A DNA stretch of 59,664 nucleotides from Bacteroidota bacterium (lineage in GTDB: Bacteria > Bacteroidota > Bacteroidia > Bacteroidales > VadinHA17). This document shows positions 6,798 to 15,054 of the stretch, piece by piece. The stretch spans positions 1 through 59,664 of the forward strand of contig JANXXP010000160.1 of assembly GCA_025350595.1 (NCBI GenBank), written 5' to 3'. The notes under the pieces were generated by a model. That model worked only from the letters and a program-made list of their open reading frames with translations, had not been told where the DNA came from and made no database searches. Both the position numbers and the translations under genes were made by a program. Positions within the stretch are counted from its first letter, which is position 1. Each line of letters opens with the position of its first letter.

Positions 6798-9596
6798 ATG
6801 AACTGGTCCAGATTACTGGTTTTAATAACTATTGCCTTCCTGGTTTTCTCTGGCTGCTTAAATCACAAAAATGAACTAGTCATTCTTTCCTCACCAGCCG
6901 GAAGTTTATATACCTCTGTAAATAAGGACGGTGTAACTGTTATCCCTAATGGTCGGTTACTTACTCCTTCAGGGAAAAGTCTTGTCGTTGCTCCCCATCC
7001 ATTTGGTCTGGCTCTAAGCAGCAACGGGGAAATAGCTGTAACTGCCAATTCAGGGATAAAACCTCTTTCAATATCAATTATACGGAATTTAAATTCAGTC
7101 GCCCCTCAGATTCAACAGATTCCTCCTGGTTTTTCAAACGATGCAGGTGTACTTGAATCGGTCTTTATGGGATTGGCAATCTCTCCTGATAATAGCATGG
7201 TATATGTGGCCGGCGGTCAGGGTAACTGTATCCTTACCTTTGATCTGTTATCGGGAGCGAAAAAAGACTCTGTTGATTGTTCTGTTTCTGAAGATGGAAG
7301 CAAATGCCCCGATGGCTATATAGGCGATATGGCAATGACAAAGGACGGGAAATACATTTTTGCTGTAGACCAGATGAACTTTCGCGTCGTAATTGTGGAT
7401 ACCAGAAAAATGAAAGTTATTAATTCTGTTCCCGTCGGCCGTTATCCGTTTGGCGTTGCTCTTTCACGGGATGAGAAAAAGGTTTATGTGGCAAATGTAG
7501 GAATGTTCCAGTACAGTAAAATAGATAATATAGAAGAGAAAAAGGATTATAAGAAGGCTCTGGATTTTCCGGCTTTCGGATATAACACTGACGAGATGAA
7601 GAATGGGATTGTTAAGGATTCAATGGTAATTCCCGGACTTGGTGATCCTAATAGTGATAAAGCTTTCTCGGTGTGGGCTATTTCAATTGAAGATATTGCT
7701 AATCCAAAGGTAAGTGCAAGAATAAAAACTGGAAACATTGTAGGCCAGATGGTTGAGGGTATTCCTGCCGTTGGAGGCTCCAGTCCGAATTCACTTGTAG
7801 CTACTGCTGATTATGTCTTTGCCAGTAACGGCAACAATGATAATATTACTGTTATTGATGTTAAAACCGATTCTGTTATTAAGGAGATCTTTTTAAAACC
7901 TGATGAAACATTAAAACATTTCAGGGGAGTAATCCCTTTCGGACTGGCTGTTTCTCCGGATGAAAAACGACTGTTTGTTGCTGAGGCAGGCATAAATGCT
8001 ATTGGGGTTATTGATCTGCCTTCATTTGATGTTGCGGGTCATATCCCTACCGGTTGGTTTCCATCCAAACTCAGGATATCACCTGATGGAAGAAATATAA
8101 TAGTCACGAATGCCAAAGGGTATGGCAGCGGGCCAAATGGCGGGAAAGATTTTAAAGAAGGGGGAGAGGGAACCTATATTGGAAATCTGATGAAAGGGAC
8201 AATTTCTGTTATTCCGATCCCAACAAAAAATGAACTAAAAAAAATGACGGATCAGGTGCTGGCTAATAATTTTAAAAAGGAAAATGCTAAGGAGTTATTA
8301 AAAACCCGTAATGATAATCCTATCCCTCTTTATGGCGGACAGAAAGAGTCTCCCATAAAGCACATCGTTTTCATATCTAAAGAGAACCGTACTTACGATG
8401 AGATATTTGGTCAGCATACGAAAGGAGTTGGCGATTCAACTATTGCAAGGTATGGTCGTAATATTTCTTTTTCCAATAAAGCCGGTACAACCTGGGTTAA
8501 AGACGCCACTATAATGGCAAATCATCTTAAACTGGCGGCTGAATTTGCTATTGGAGATAATTTTTATGTTGATTCCGATGTCTCCGCTGATGGACACAGG
8601 TGGTTGGTAAACACGTATCCGAATGAATGGGTTGAGACCTGCACTCCTGCAAGCTATGGCGGGAACAGAAATTATAAACCCGCCTCCAAAGCTCCGGGAA
8701 GTCTGGGTATGAATGGAGCTGCCGGAGCTATTTATCCGGAAGACTATAATGAATCGGGATCAATGTGGGATCATCTTGAACGGAACAAAATTGACTTTTA
8801 TAATTTTGGTTTCAGTGTAATGTTTGAACCTGCTTTTTATGATGATTCTTTTAAAAAGACTGGAATTAAACAGTTTGCCAACTATCCGGTCCCAACTCCG
8901 GTTTTCAGCAGGACCTCCAGAGAATATGCAACATACAATATGGCAATACCTGACCAGTACAGGGTAACCCAGTTTATTAAGGAGTTCAATGAGAAATGGA
9001 TGGGAGAGGAGAAGCTTATGCCCCGGATGCTGACTGTAATCATTCCAAATGATCATGGTGCAGGTGAAAGACCTGAAGCAGGTTATCCGTTCAGAGAAAG
9101 TTATATGGTTGATAATGACCTGGCGGTAGGAAGAGTAGTGGAATTTTTATCTCATACGCCATACTGGAAAAATATGGCAATCATTATTACTGAAGATGAT
9201 GCCCAAAACGGTGTTGACCATATTGATGCCCACCGAAGCGTATTAATGGTTATTTCACCCTATGCCAAGAAGGATTATGTAAGTAAGGTTCACTACAGTT
9301 TTGGGAGTCTGTTTAAAACATACTGGAATATTCTTGGACTTCCATATCTTAATCAATACGATGCAGGTGCTACTGATTTGTCAGATATGTTTACAGGAGT
9401 TCCTGATCTTACTCCGTATACCGCTCTTGGTCCCGATTTAAGGATATTCGATCCGCAGAAAGCCTTATCTCCGCTGGATGCAAAATTTGACTGGAATTCG
9501 CTAAAAGAATCTCCTATCCTCGATGATCCAAAAGAGATGATAAAGGATCAGAAGGAAAAACCTGAATACAGAATAGAGGATCAAAAGAAAAGATAG
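6798..9596 (+). CDS. fusion protein: YncE-like beta-propeller repeats (N) plus phosphoesterase family domain (PLC/AcpA-type, C)
   Basis: The 932-aa ORF has a signal peptide and repeated ...YVAN.G... propeller-blade motifs in the N-terminal half. The C-terminal half has HIVFISKENRTYDEIFGQ, DSDVSADGHRW and TEDDAQNGVDHIDAHRS. Confidence 0.75.
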   Translation: MNWSRLLVLITIAFLVFSGCLNHKNELVILSSPAGSLYTSVNKDGVTVIPNGRLLTPSGKSLVVAPHPFGLALSSNGEIAVTANSGIKPLSISIIRNLNSVAPQIQQIPPGFSNDAGVLESVFMGLAISPDNSMVYVAGGQGNCILTFDLLSGAKKDSVDCSVSEDGSKCPDGYIGDMAMTKDGKYIFAVDQMNFRVVIVDTRKMKVINSVPVGRYPFGVALSRDEKKVYVANVGMFQYSKIDNIEEKKDYKKALDFPAFGYNTDEMKNGIVKDSMVIPGLGDPNSDKAFSVWAISIEDIANPKVSARIKTGNIVGQMVEGIPAVGGSSPNSLVATADYVFASNGNNDNITVIDVKTDSVIKEIFLKPDETLKHFRGVIPFGLAVSPDEKRLFVAEAGINAIGVIDLPSFDVAGHIPTGWFPSKLRISPDGRNIIVTNAKGYGSGPNGGKDFKEGGEGTYIGNLMKGTISVIPIPTKNELKKMTDQVLANNFKKENAKELLKTRNDNPIPLYGGQKESPIKHIVFISKENRTYDEIFGQHTKGVGDSTIARYGRNISFSNKAGTTWVKDATIMANHLKLAAEFAIGDNFYVDSDVSADGHRWLVNTYPNEWVETCTPASYGGNRNYKPASKAPGSLGMNGAAGAIYPEDYNESGSMWDHLERNKIDFYNFGFSVMFEPAFYDDSFKKTGIKQFANYPVPTPVFSRTSREYATYNMAIPDQYRVTQFIKEFNEKWMGEEKLMPRMLTVIIPNDHGAGERPEAGYPFRESYMVDNDLAVGRVVEFLSHTPYWKNMAIIITEDDAQNGVDHIDAHRSVLMVISPYAKKDYVSKVHYSFGSLFKTYWNILGLPYLNQYDAGATDLSDMFTGVPDLTPYTALGPDLRIFDPQKALSPLDAKFDWNSLKESPILDDPKEMIKDQKEKPEYRIEDQKKR

Positions 9597-9698
9597 AATA
9601 AGATATTACGTTGCTCTGCATCTAAAATATTAAGCAAAAAAATTCAAGGTGTAGAGCACCATGATATTTTTACCTTAAATGTTCCTGATAAAGCAAAA

Positions 9699-9727
9699 GG
9701 CTGCAGATTTCAGTTGCAGCCTTTTTG
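9699..9727. terminator. bidirectional rho-independent terminator
   Basis: The stem GGCTGCA(9699-9705)/TGCAGCC(9715-9721) is flanked by an A-run upstream and TTTTT downstream. It lies between the convergent phosphoesterase and csp genes. Confidence 0.7.
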
Positions 9728-9745
9728 GTATTAGTTTGAGTAAGA

Positions 9746-9943
9746 TTAATCTACTTTTTTAACTTTGACGGCAACCGGTCCTTTTTCTTTCTGTTCAATT
9801 TCGAACTCAACTGACTGGCCTGCCTCAAGGTCGGTGTGGGAAACTTCTAAACCAGATCGGTGAATAAAGATATCCTTGCCATCTTCTGTCTGAAGGAATC
9901 CAAACCCTTTTACTCTGTCATACCACTTAACAGTACCTTTCAT
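9746..9943 (-). CDS. cold-shock protein (CspA family)
   Basis: The 65-aa ORF begins MKGTVKWYDRVKGFGFLQ...DIFIHRS, giving the RNP1/RNP2 motifs. Confidence 0.95.
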   Translation of the reverse strand: MKGTVKWYDRVKGFGFLQTEDGKDIFIHRSGLEVSHTDLEAGQSVEFEIEQKEKGPVAVKVKKVD

Positions 9944-9962
9944 AGTTTTAGATTTTTGTTAC

Positions 9963-10298
9963 CTACCTGTAGTTATCTCTTCTGTTTCCTCCGCCGGCAC
10001 CGCCACTGCCGCCTCTACGGTCGTTATCGCCACCTCTGAAATTACTTTTTCTGTCTGTTCTTTCGATTGATTCATTAACAATAATGTTTCTACCGCTAAC
10101 TTCAGCTCCGTTTAATTCCTCGATAGCTTTTTTTGCTTCAGCATCATTCGGCATCTCAACGAAACCAAATCCTTTGCTTTTTCCTGAGTATTTGTCAATA
10201 ATGACTTTAGCGGATGTTACTTCGCCATACTCTTCAAAGATTTCTTTTAATTCTGCTTCACTCATTTTAAAATGAAGACTTCCTACGTAAATGTTCAT
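9963..10298 (-). CDS. RRM-type RNA-binding protein with RGG-rich tail
   Basis: RNP2 is NIYVGSL and RNP1 is KGFGFVEM, with the tail RGGDNDRRGGSGGAGGGNRR. I chose the start at the internal ATG (10298, MNIYVGSL) rather than the track start. Confidence 0.9.
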   Translation of the reverse strand: MNIYVGSLHFKMSEAELKEIFEEYGEVTSAKVIIDKYSGKSKGFGFVEMPNDAEAKKAIEELNGAEVSGRNIIVNESIERTDRKSNFRGGDNDRRGGSGGAGGGNRRDNYR

Positions 10299-10557
10299 AA
10301 TTCGATTATTAAAGTATTTATAAAACAGGTACAAAGGTCGAATTTATTTTTGTAAACTAAAAATAATTCGCCATAATATATTGTATCACTTATGCTTTTT
10401 GACATTGTAAATAGCATAAATGCCGCAAAAAGAGACAGATTTGTCGGAATTTACAAACAGATTTCTTAAATATGTCTGCTTTCTTTTGTTTCCACGAAGG
10501 ACAAGGAGTTTCACTGAGTTAGCATTGTTTAGTCCAATTCCATTTGTCTCTATGACA

Positions 10558-11331
10558 CTACTTTCGGTTTTTGATATAGATATGCTTCACATGATTCACG
10601 CCTGACTCTCTTTCATCGATCTCAAAATCAAGCGATTTGATAAGAGGTGTAAGTTTTGGAAATCCGAAATTACGTGGATCGAAGTCAGGCTGTTTTTTAA
10701 GGATAAGGTTACCAACATCACCAAGATAGGCCCAACCATTGTCATCCGCCAGATCGGTTATTGATGCAGCTATGAGCCTTTTTACAGTTCGGGTGGATGA
10801 TTGAGGATCAGGTTCTTCAACTTTTTTCTTCTTAACCAGTACTTTTCCCTTCTTTTTAATCTCATGGGTAACCTCAGGTACAACGATAGATGATGCAATA
10901 ATATCCAGATAGATGAATTTATCGCATGAAACGATGAATGGATGAGGTGTTTTTCGCTCGCCGATCCCAATTACTTTCATTCCTGCTTCCCTTAACCGGG
11001 TCGCGAGCCGTGTAAAATCACTATCGCTGGAAACAATACAGAAGCCATCGACTTTTCCTGAATACAGAATATCCATCCCGTCGATTATTAAAGCCGAGTC
11101 GGTGGAGTTTTTCCCTTTTGTGTAACTGTATTGCTGAATTGGAGTAATGGCATTTTCAAGCAGCACTGACTTCCATCCTGAAATTGTTGGTTTTGTCCAG
11201 TCGCCATAAATCCTTTTAAAGGTCGGAGTTCCGTATTTTGCAATCTCTTCAAGCATCCCCTTGACATTACTGTAGGGTATATTGTCGGCATCAATCAGAA
11301 CTGCCAGACGTAAATCATTTAATGTTTGCAT
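10558..11331 (-). CDS. NYN (LabA-like) domain protein with C-terminal OST-HTH/LOTUS domain
   Basis: The 257-aa ORF has LAVLIDADN...GKNSTDSALIIDGMD...IVSSDSDFTRLATRLREAGMKVIGIG. A K-rich linker follows, then WAYLGDVGNLILKKQPDFDPRNFGFPKLTPLIKS. Confidence 0.8.
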   Translation of the reverse strand: MQTLNDLRLAVLIDADNIPYSNVKGMLEEIAKYGTPTFKRIYGDWTKPTISGWKSVLLENAITPIQQYSYTKGKNSTDSALIIDGMDILYSGKVDGFCIVSSDSDFTRLATRLREAGMKVIGIGERKTPHPFIVSCDKFIYLDIIASSIVVPEVTHEIKKKGKVLVKKKKVEEPDPQSSTRTVKRLIAASITDLADDNGWAYLGDVGNLILKKQPDFDPRNFGFPKLTPLIKSLDFEIDERESGVNHVKHIYIKNRK

Positions 11332-11362
11332 ATTGCGCTTAATATAAACTGCAAGTTAGTCA

Positions 11363-12922
11363 TTATTTAGCCAATGGCCACAATCTTATCATTAGCACAC
11401 CATGCCTCGACACCTTTTCAGAGTAGCTTTCGTTGAAATTTCCGATGTCTTTTTGTCTCCAGATATCTCTGACTCTCTGTTTTCCTGAAATACCTAAATC
11501 TGACCACTTTGCTGTAATCTTTGCTTCATTTTCACCGCGGTTAAACAGCCCTGCTGCAATTGATCCGTCCTCCAAATGTCTGATCCATACTTCAAGATCA
11601 CCCTCCTTTGAAACTCTATATCCTGGTTTTCCCATCGGGTCCTGATCAACTTCAATTATTTCATCATTTGTCAATAGTCCGAGGGTAAAATCATCCATGC
11701 GGGTAATGTCCCCACTGAAAATGAACGGTGCTGACTGTATGCTCCAGAGAGATACCTGGGTGTACTGTTCATTCGGAGTTAAAGGTGTTGGAGCAGTTTG
11801 TCCTTTCCAGTTGCTGAGGTAGCCAAGGAGAAGATAATCAGGATCATTCCATCCGCCAGGACCTCCGTAAAGATGAAGGCTGTCTTTGGTGAAGACATCA
11901 AATCCATCCCTGAAGAGAGCTGTTCCTATTCCCTGAAAGGAGCCTCCCAGATCATCAGCAGTTCTCCAGCTGTTGCCACCGACCTTCTTACCCCATTTCC
12001 ATACGTCACCCATGCCATACTGACAGAGATTTAATACGATATCCCGTTTCTGTTTATTAAGTATCGTGCTGACAAGAATATAAGGCTTTTGTAATCCTGG
12101 AAGTGTATCTCTCCTGCCAACATTGCTGTACGAACACCAGTCATATTTAAGGAAATCGTAACCCCAATTCACATATCTCGCAATATCCTGTTCCTCAAAC
12201 CCGTATGCTGAAACATGTCCTGCACATGTAAATGGGCCCGGAGATGTGTAAATGCCCGCTTTTAATCCCTTTGCATGAATATAATCAGTTAGCGACTTCA
12301 TATCAGGAAATCTTTTATTTGAATTTATCATGCCGTTTTTATCCCTTGGCTCACCAAGAAGTGTTGAATCTTTTGATGCGGGTTTAACCGACCAGCAATC
12401 GTCAATATTTACATACATATATCCATGATCCATCATCCCGGAAGTTACCATGGCATCTGCGGCATCGCGCATTATTTTATCGGTAACATGGTTTTCCCAA
12501 ACATACCAGCTGTTCCATCCCATGTGGGGAGTCAGGGCGAGGGTGTTGCCGCAAACAATTTTGAATTTTCTTTGGGTTGTTCCAAGTTTATTTGTGACCT
12601 TAAAAGTTGTATTATACTCACCCGGGGTCTCAATAATTCCTGTTATTTGACCATTGTCAGGATTACATGTCAGCCCATTTGGAAGATTCAAAACTTCATA
12701 TTTCATTGGCCTTAATCCAGTGACAGGGATTGTAAACAGGAAGGGAGATCCCGGCCGTACGCCAAAAATTTTTGTTCCGTTTATTTTGGGTGCTGGACCC
12801 GGTTTAGGGGTTAATATGATTTTGGGTTCACTGGCTCCTGTTTGCGGATCCGAAGTATAAGCAAAACTGACAATAAGTAAAATTGCCAGGAGAGCTGCCG
12901 GGAAAATGTGCTTTCTTTTCAT
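11363..12922 (-). CDS. alpha-galactosidase (GH27) with N-terminal Ig-like domain
   Basis: The 519-aa ORF has a signal peptide, the Ig-like LPNGLTCNPDNGQITG, and MGWNSWY, NIDDCW and FLKYDWC. Confidence 0.85.
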   Translation of the reverse strand: MKRKHIFPAALLAILLIVSFAYTSDPQTGASEPKIILTPKPGPAPKINGTKIFGVRPGSPFLFTIPVTGLRPMKYEVLNLPNGLTCNPDNGQITGIIETPGEYNTTFKVTNKLGTTQRKFKIVCGNTLALTPHMGWNSWYVWENHVTDKIMRDAADAMVTSGMMDHGYMYVNIDDCWSVKPASKDSTLLGEPRDKNGMINSNKRFPDMKSLTDYIHAKGLKAGIYTSPGPFTCAGHVSAYGFEEQDIARYVNWGYDFLKYDWCSYSNVGRRDTLPGLQKPYILVSTILNKQKRDIVLNLCQYGMGDVWKWGKKVGGNSWRTADDLGGSFQGIGTALFRDGFDVFTKDSLHLYGGPGGWNDPDYLLLGYLSNWKGQTAPTPLTPNEQYTQVSLWSIQSAPFIFSGDITRMDDFTLGLLTNDEIIEVDQDPMGKPGYRVSKEGDLEVWIRHLEDGSIAAGLFNRGENEAKITAKWSDLGISGKQRVRDIWRQKDIGNFNESYSEKVSRHGVLMIRLWPLAK

Positions 12923-12995
12923 AGATATTATTTATGATTTTAAATAATTATTCTAATGATGTTCAGTAGGATGAGGAAGATATTTTTAGAATTTG

Positions 12996-13460
12996 CTATT
13001 TTCTTTTTCCAGTCATTTCTTTAATTTCAAGACAAAGAACAGTTGTCCTTAGAAGTACATTCTCGTCGTAAGAATAATTTTTTTCACCTCCATAGTGTGC
13101 CATAAGGCAATTAAGACCCTGAATTTTTGCTTCTCTTTCGGTGACAATTGAAATATTTCCATATCCAACCACACTGCTGAATTTCATTCCCCAGTCACAA
13201 CCTTTTTCTCCTCCATAAACAGCATGATCTGTGTCCATTTCAAAACAGACATAATTATTCTTTTTGATCATGTCCAGTTTTCTTCCAACATTAGCACAGT
13301 GGAAATAAAGCTTCTGCTCCTGATTGGGAGTGTACCCGAAATTCATTGTGACAATATATGGTACATTTTCGTCTGCAAATGCAACTCTGCATACATCAGC
13401 TTTGTAGATTATTTCTTCAATTAAAGAAACTTCCTGGATCTCTCTGTCAGCTCTCCTCAT
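12996..13460 (-). CDS. pyridoxamine 5'-phosphate oxidase family (FMN-binding split-barrel, Nim-like) protein
   Basis: The 154-aa ORF has the MRRADREI start and the size and pattern typical of this family. It overlaps the tag stop by 4 nt. Confidence 0.65.
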   Translation of the reverse strand: MRRADREIQEVSLIEEIIYKADVCRVAFADENVPYIVTMNFGYTPNQEQKLYFHCANVGRKLDMIKKNNYVCFEMDTDHAVYGGEKGCDWGMKFSSVVGYGNISIVTEREAKIQGLNCLMAHYGGEKNYSYDENVLLRTTVLCLEIKEMTGKRK

Positions 13461-14002
13461 TTGGTAAATTTTATTTGTTTAATTTGTTCAAAAACTGGGC
13501 AGTCAGGACTATGAGCACCAGGAAGATAGCCTGTACTCATCAGAAATTCGTTAACAATTTCTCCACCTGTAAACCTGAAAGTTTTACGGAATAGTTTCGT
13601 CCAGCCTTCAAGTGAGTTTATTTTATCCGAATGCATATCAAGCCAATTCCTGAATGATCCTGCCTCTTTCCTGATAGCTAATATATTTTTAGCATTCTCT
13701 ATAGCTGCGTTAATCTTTAGCCTGTTTCGTATTATCCCGGGGTCGTTCATCAGTCGCTGAAGATCATCGTCGCTATAGCTTGCTACCCTCTCAACATTGA
13801 AATTGTCAAATGCCTTTCTGAAGTTATGTTGTTTCTTTAAGATCAGAATCCAGCTTAACCCTGCCTGGTTTATCTCAAACATCAATCTCTCGAATAATTC
13901 ATCATCTGATTCAATCGGGAACCCATAATGATTGTCATGATATTCTTTATGGAGGTCATGAGTTTCCCCTGAAATGGTATTGATATATTCACAGTATGTC
14001 AT
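13457..14002 (-). CDS. tag: DNA-3-methyladenine glycosylase I
   Basis: The 181-aa ORF has YHDNHYGFPI, LFERLMFEINQAGLSW and IIRNRLKINA. Confidence 0.9.
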   Translation of the reverse strand: MTYCEYINTISGETHDLHKEYHDNHYGFPIESDDELFERLMFEINQAGLSWILILKKQHNFRKAFDNFNVERVASYSDDDLQRLMNDPGIIRNRLKINAAIENAKNILAIRKEAGSFRNWLDMHSDKINSLEGWTKLFRKTFRFTGGEIVNEFLMSTGYLPGAHSPDCPVFEQIKQIKFTK

Positions 14003-14055
14003 AAATGTTTAATAGTTTAGACAAATATATTCAATAAAAACTAAAGAATTTTTAT

Positions 14056-14063
14056 TAACTTTG
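14056..14063 (+). promoter_or_regulatory. candidate -7 promoter box TAACTTTG
   Basis: It matches TAnnTTTG and lies 46 nt upstream of the ATG at 14110. Confidence 0.4.
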
Positions 14064-14109
14064 CTTCCCCCTTAGAAGGGTTTTAAAAACTAATCAAAAT
14101 GAATTGAAT

Positions 14110-14445
14110 ATGGGAAAAGGTGATAAAAAATCAAGAAGAGGAAAAATAATTATGGGATCTTATGGAGTAAGACGTCCCCGTAAAAAAGCTGATAAAGCAG
14201 AAATTGCCCCTGTGAAAGTAACCAAGCCTAAAGAACATAAAGAAGCCAAGCCGGTAAAAGAAAAAAAAGAGGTAAAAGAGGTAAAGGAAGTAAAGGAAGT
14301 AAAGGAAGTTACCCAGGTTAAAGAAGCCGCTGTTGTTAAAGATAAACCAACTGTAAAAGCGCCAAAGACTGAGAAAGCAAAGAAAGAAGTTAAAGAAGAA
14401 AAGGTAGCTGTTGAGCCGAAACCAAAGAAAGAGAAGAAGAGTTAA
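14110..14445 (+). CDS. ribosomal protein bTHX fused to a long Lys/Glu-rich tail
   Basis: The N-terminus MGKGDKKSRRGKIIMGSYGVRRPRKK is the THX signature. The remaining ~85 aa are KE/KP-rich with KEVKEVKEVKEV. I chose the ATG at 14110 instead of the TTG at 14104. Confidence 0.75.
   Translation: MGKGDKKSRRGKIIMGSYGVRRPRKKADKAEIAPVKVTKPKEHKEAKPVKEKKEVKEVKEVKEVKEVTQVKEAAVVKDKPTVKAPKTEKAKKEVKEEKVAVEPKPKKEKKS
14269..14310 (+). repeat. in-frame 9-bp tandem repeat (about 4.7 units) inside the THX tail
   Basis: The units gaggtaaaa gaggtaaag gaagtaaag gaagtaaag gaagtt encode (KEV)n. Confidence 0.9.
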
Positions 14446-14453
14446 AACATATA

Positions 14454-14990
14454 ATGGAAATAGTTTTTGAGGGGATAGTTCTCAGACCCTGGTCAGAATC
14501 TGATGCCAGGAAGCTTGCTTTAATAGCTGATAACAAAAATATTTCTGACAATCTGCGGGACGGGTTCCCTTTTCCATATTCGTTAAATGATGCGAAAATC
14601 TGGTTGGAAAGTATTTTATCTGAAAATACTCCTCCCAGGTTTTTTGCAATTCTGCTTGATAATGTGATCGTCGGTAGTATTGGCATTGTTACAAAAACAG
14701 ATATTTACAGAAAAAATTTTGAGATAGGATACTTCCTTGATGAGAAACACTGGGGTAAAGGAATAGCTACAAAAGCTATAAAAGCAGCAACCTCATACGC
14801 TTTAAATAATTTTGATGTTGTGAGGGTTTACGCTGAACCTTTTGCAGATAATCCCGGTTCACGAAAAGCTCTTGAAAAAGCTGGATTTACTCTGGAAGCT
14901 ACTCTGAGAAGAAATGTAATCAAGAACGGAATAGTCAAAGACAGCTGCATTTATTCGGTTCTCAAAGAAGATTTTAAATATACTATTTAG
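14454..14990 (+). CDS. GNAT family N-acetyltransferase (RimJ/RimL-like)
   Basis: The 178-aa ORF has LRPWSESDA...HWGKGIATKA...NPGSRKALEKAGF. Confidence 0.85.
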   Translation: MEIVFEGIVLRPWSESDARKLALIADNKNISDNLRDGFPFPYSLNDAKIWLESILSENTPPRFFAILLDNVIVGSIGIVTKTDIYRKNFEIGYFLDEKHWGKGIATKAIKAATSYALNNFDVVRVYAEPFADNPGSRKALEKAGFTLEATLRRNVIKNGIVKDSCIYSVLKEDFKYTI

Positions 14991-14993
14991 TTA

Positions 14994-15040
14994 TTGTTGC
15001 TAGTTGCTTGTTGCTGGGTTACCCAGCATCCAGAAACAAG
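14994..15040. terminator. 7-nt word array (TTGTTGC TAGTTGC TTGTTGC) merging into an imperfect hairpin; probable bidirectional terminator
   Basis: The inner stem is GCTGGG(15013-18)/CCCAGC(15022-27) and the outer stem is CTTGTT(15007-12)/AACAAG(15035-40). It lies between the convergent GNAT and TPP-enzyme genes. Confidence 0.5.
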
Positions 15041-15054
15041 TACCCGGCACCTGG

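Noticed and set aside
14269-14310. Short regularly spaced repeats considered as a possible CRISPR-like or minisatellite array (also 21470..21700).
   Set aside because: The units are 9 bp (or ~20-30 bp) with no spacers. They are in frame inside coding sequences and simply encode low-complexity protein tails.
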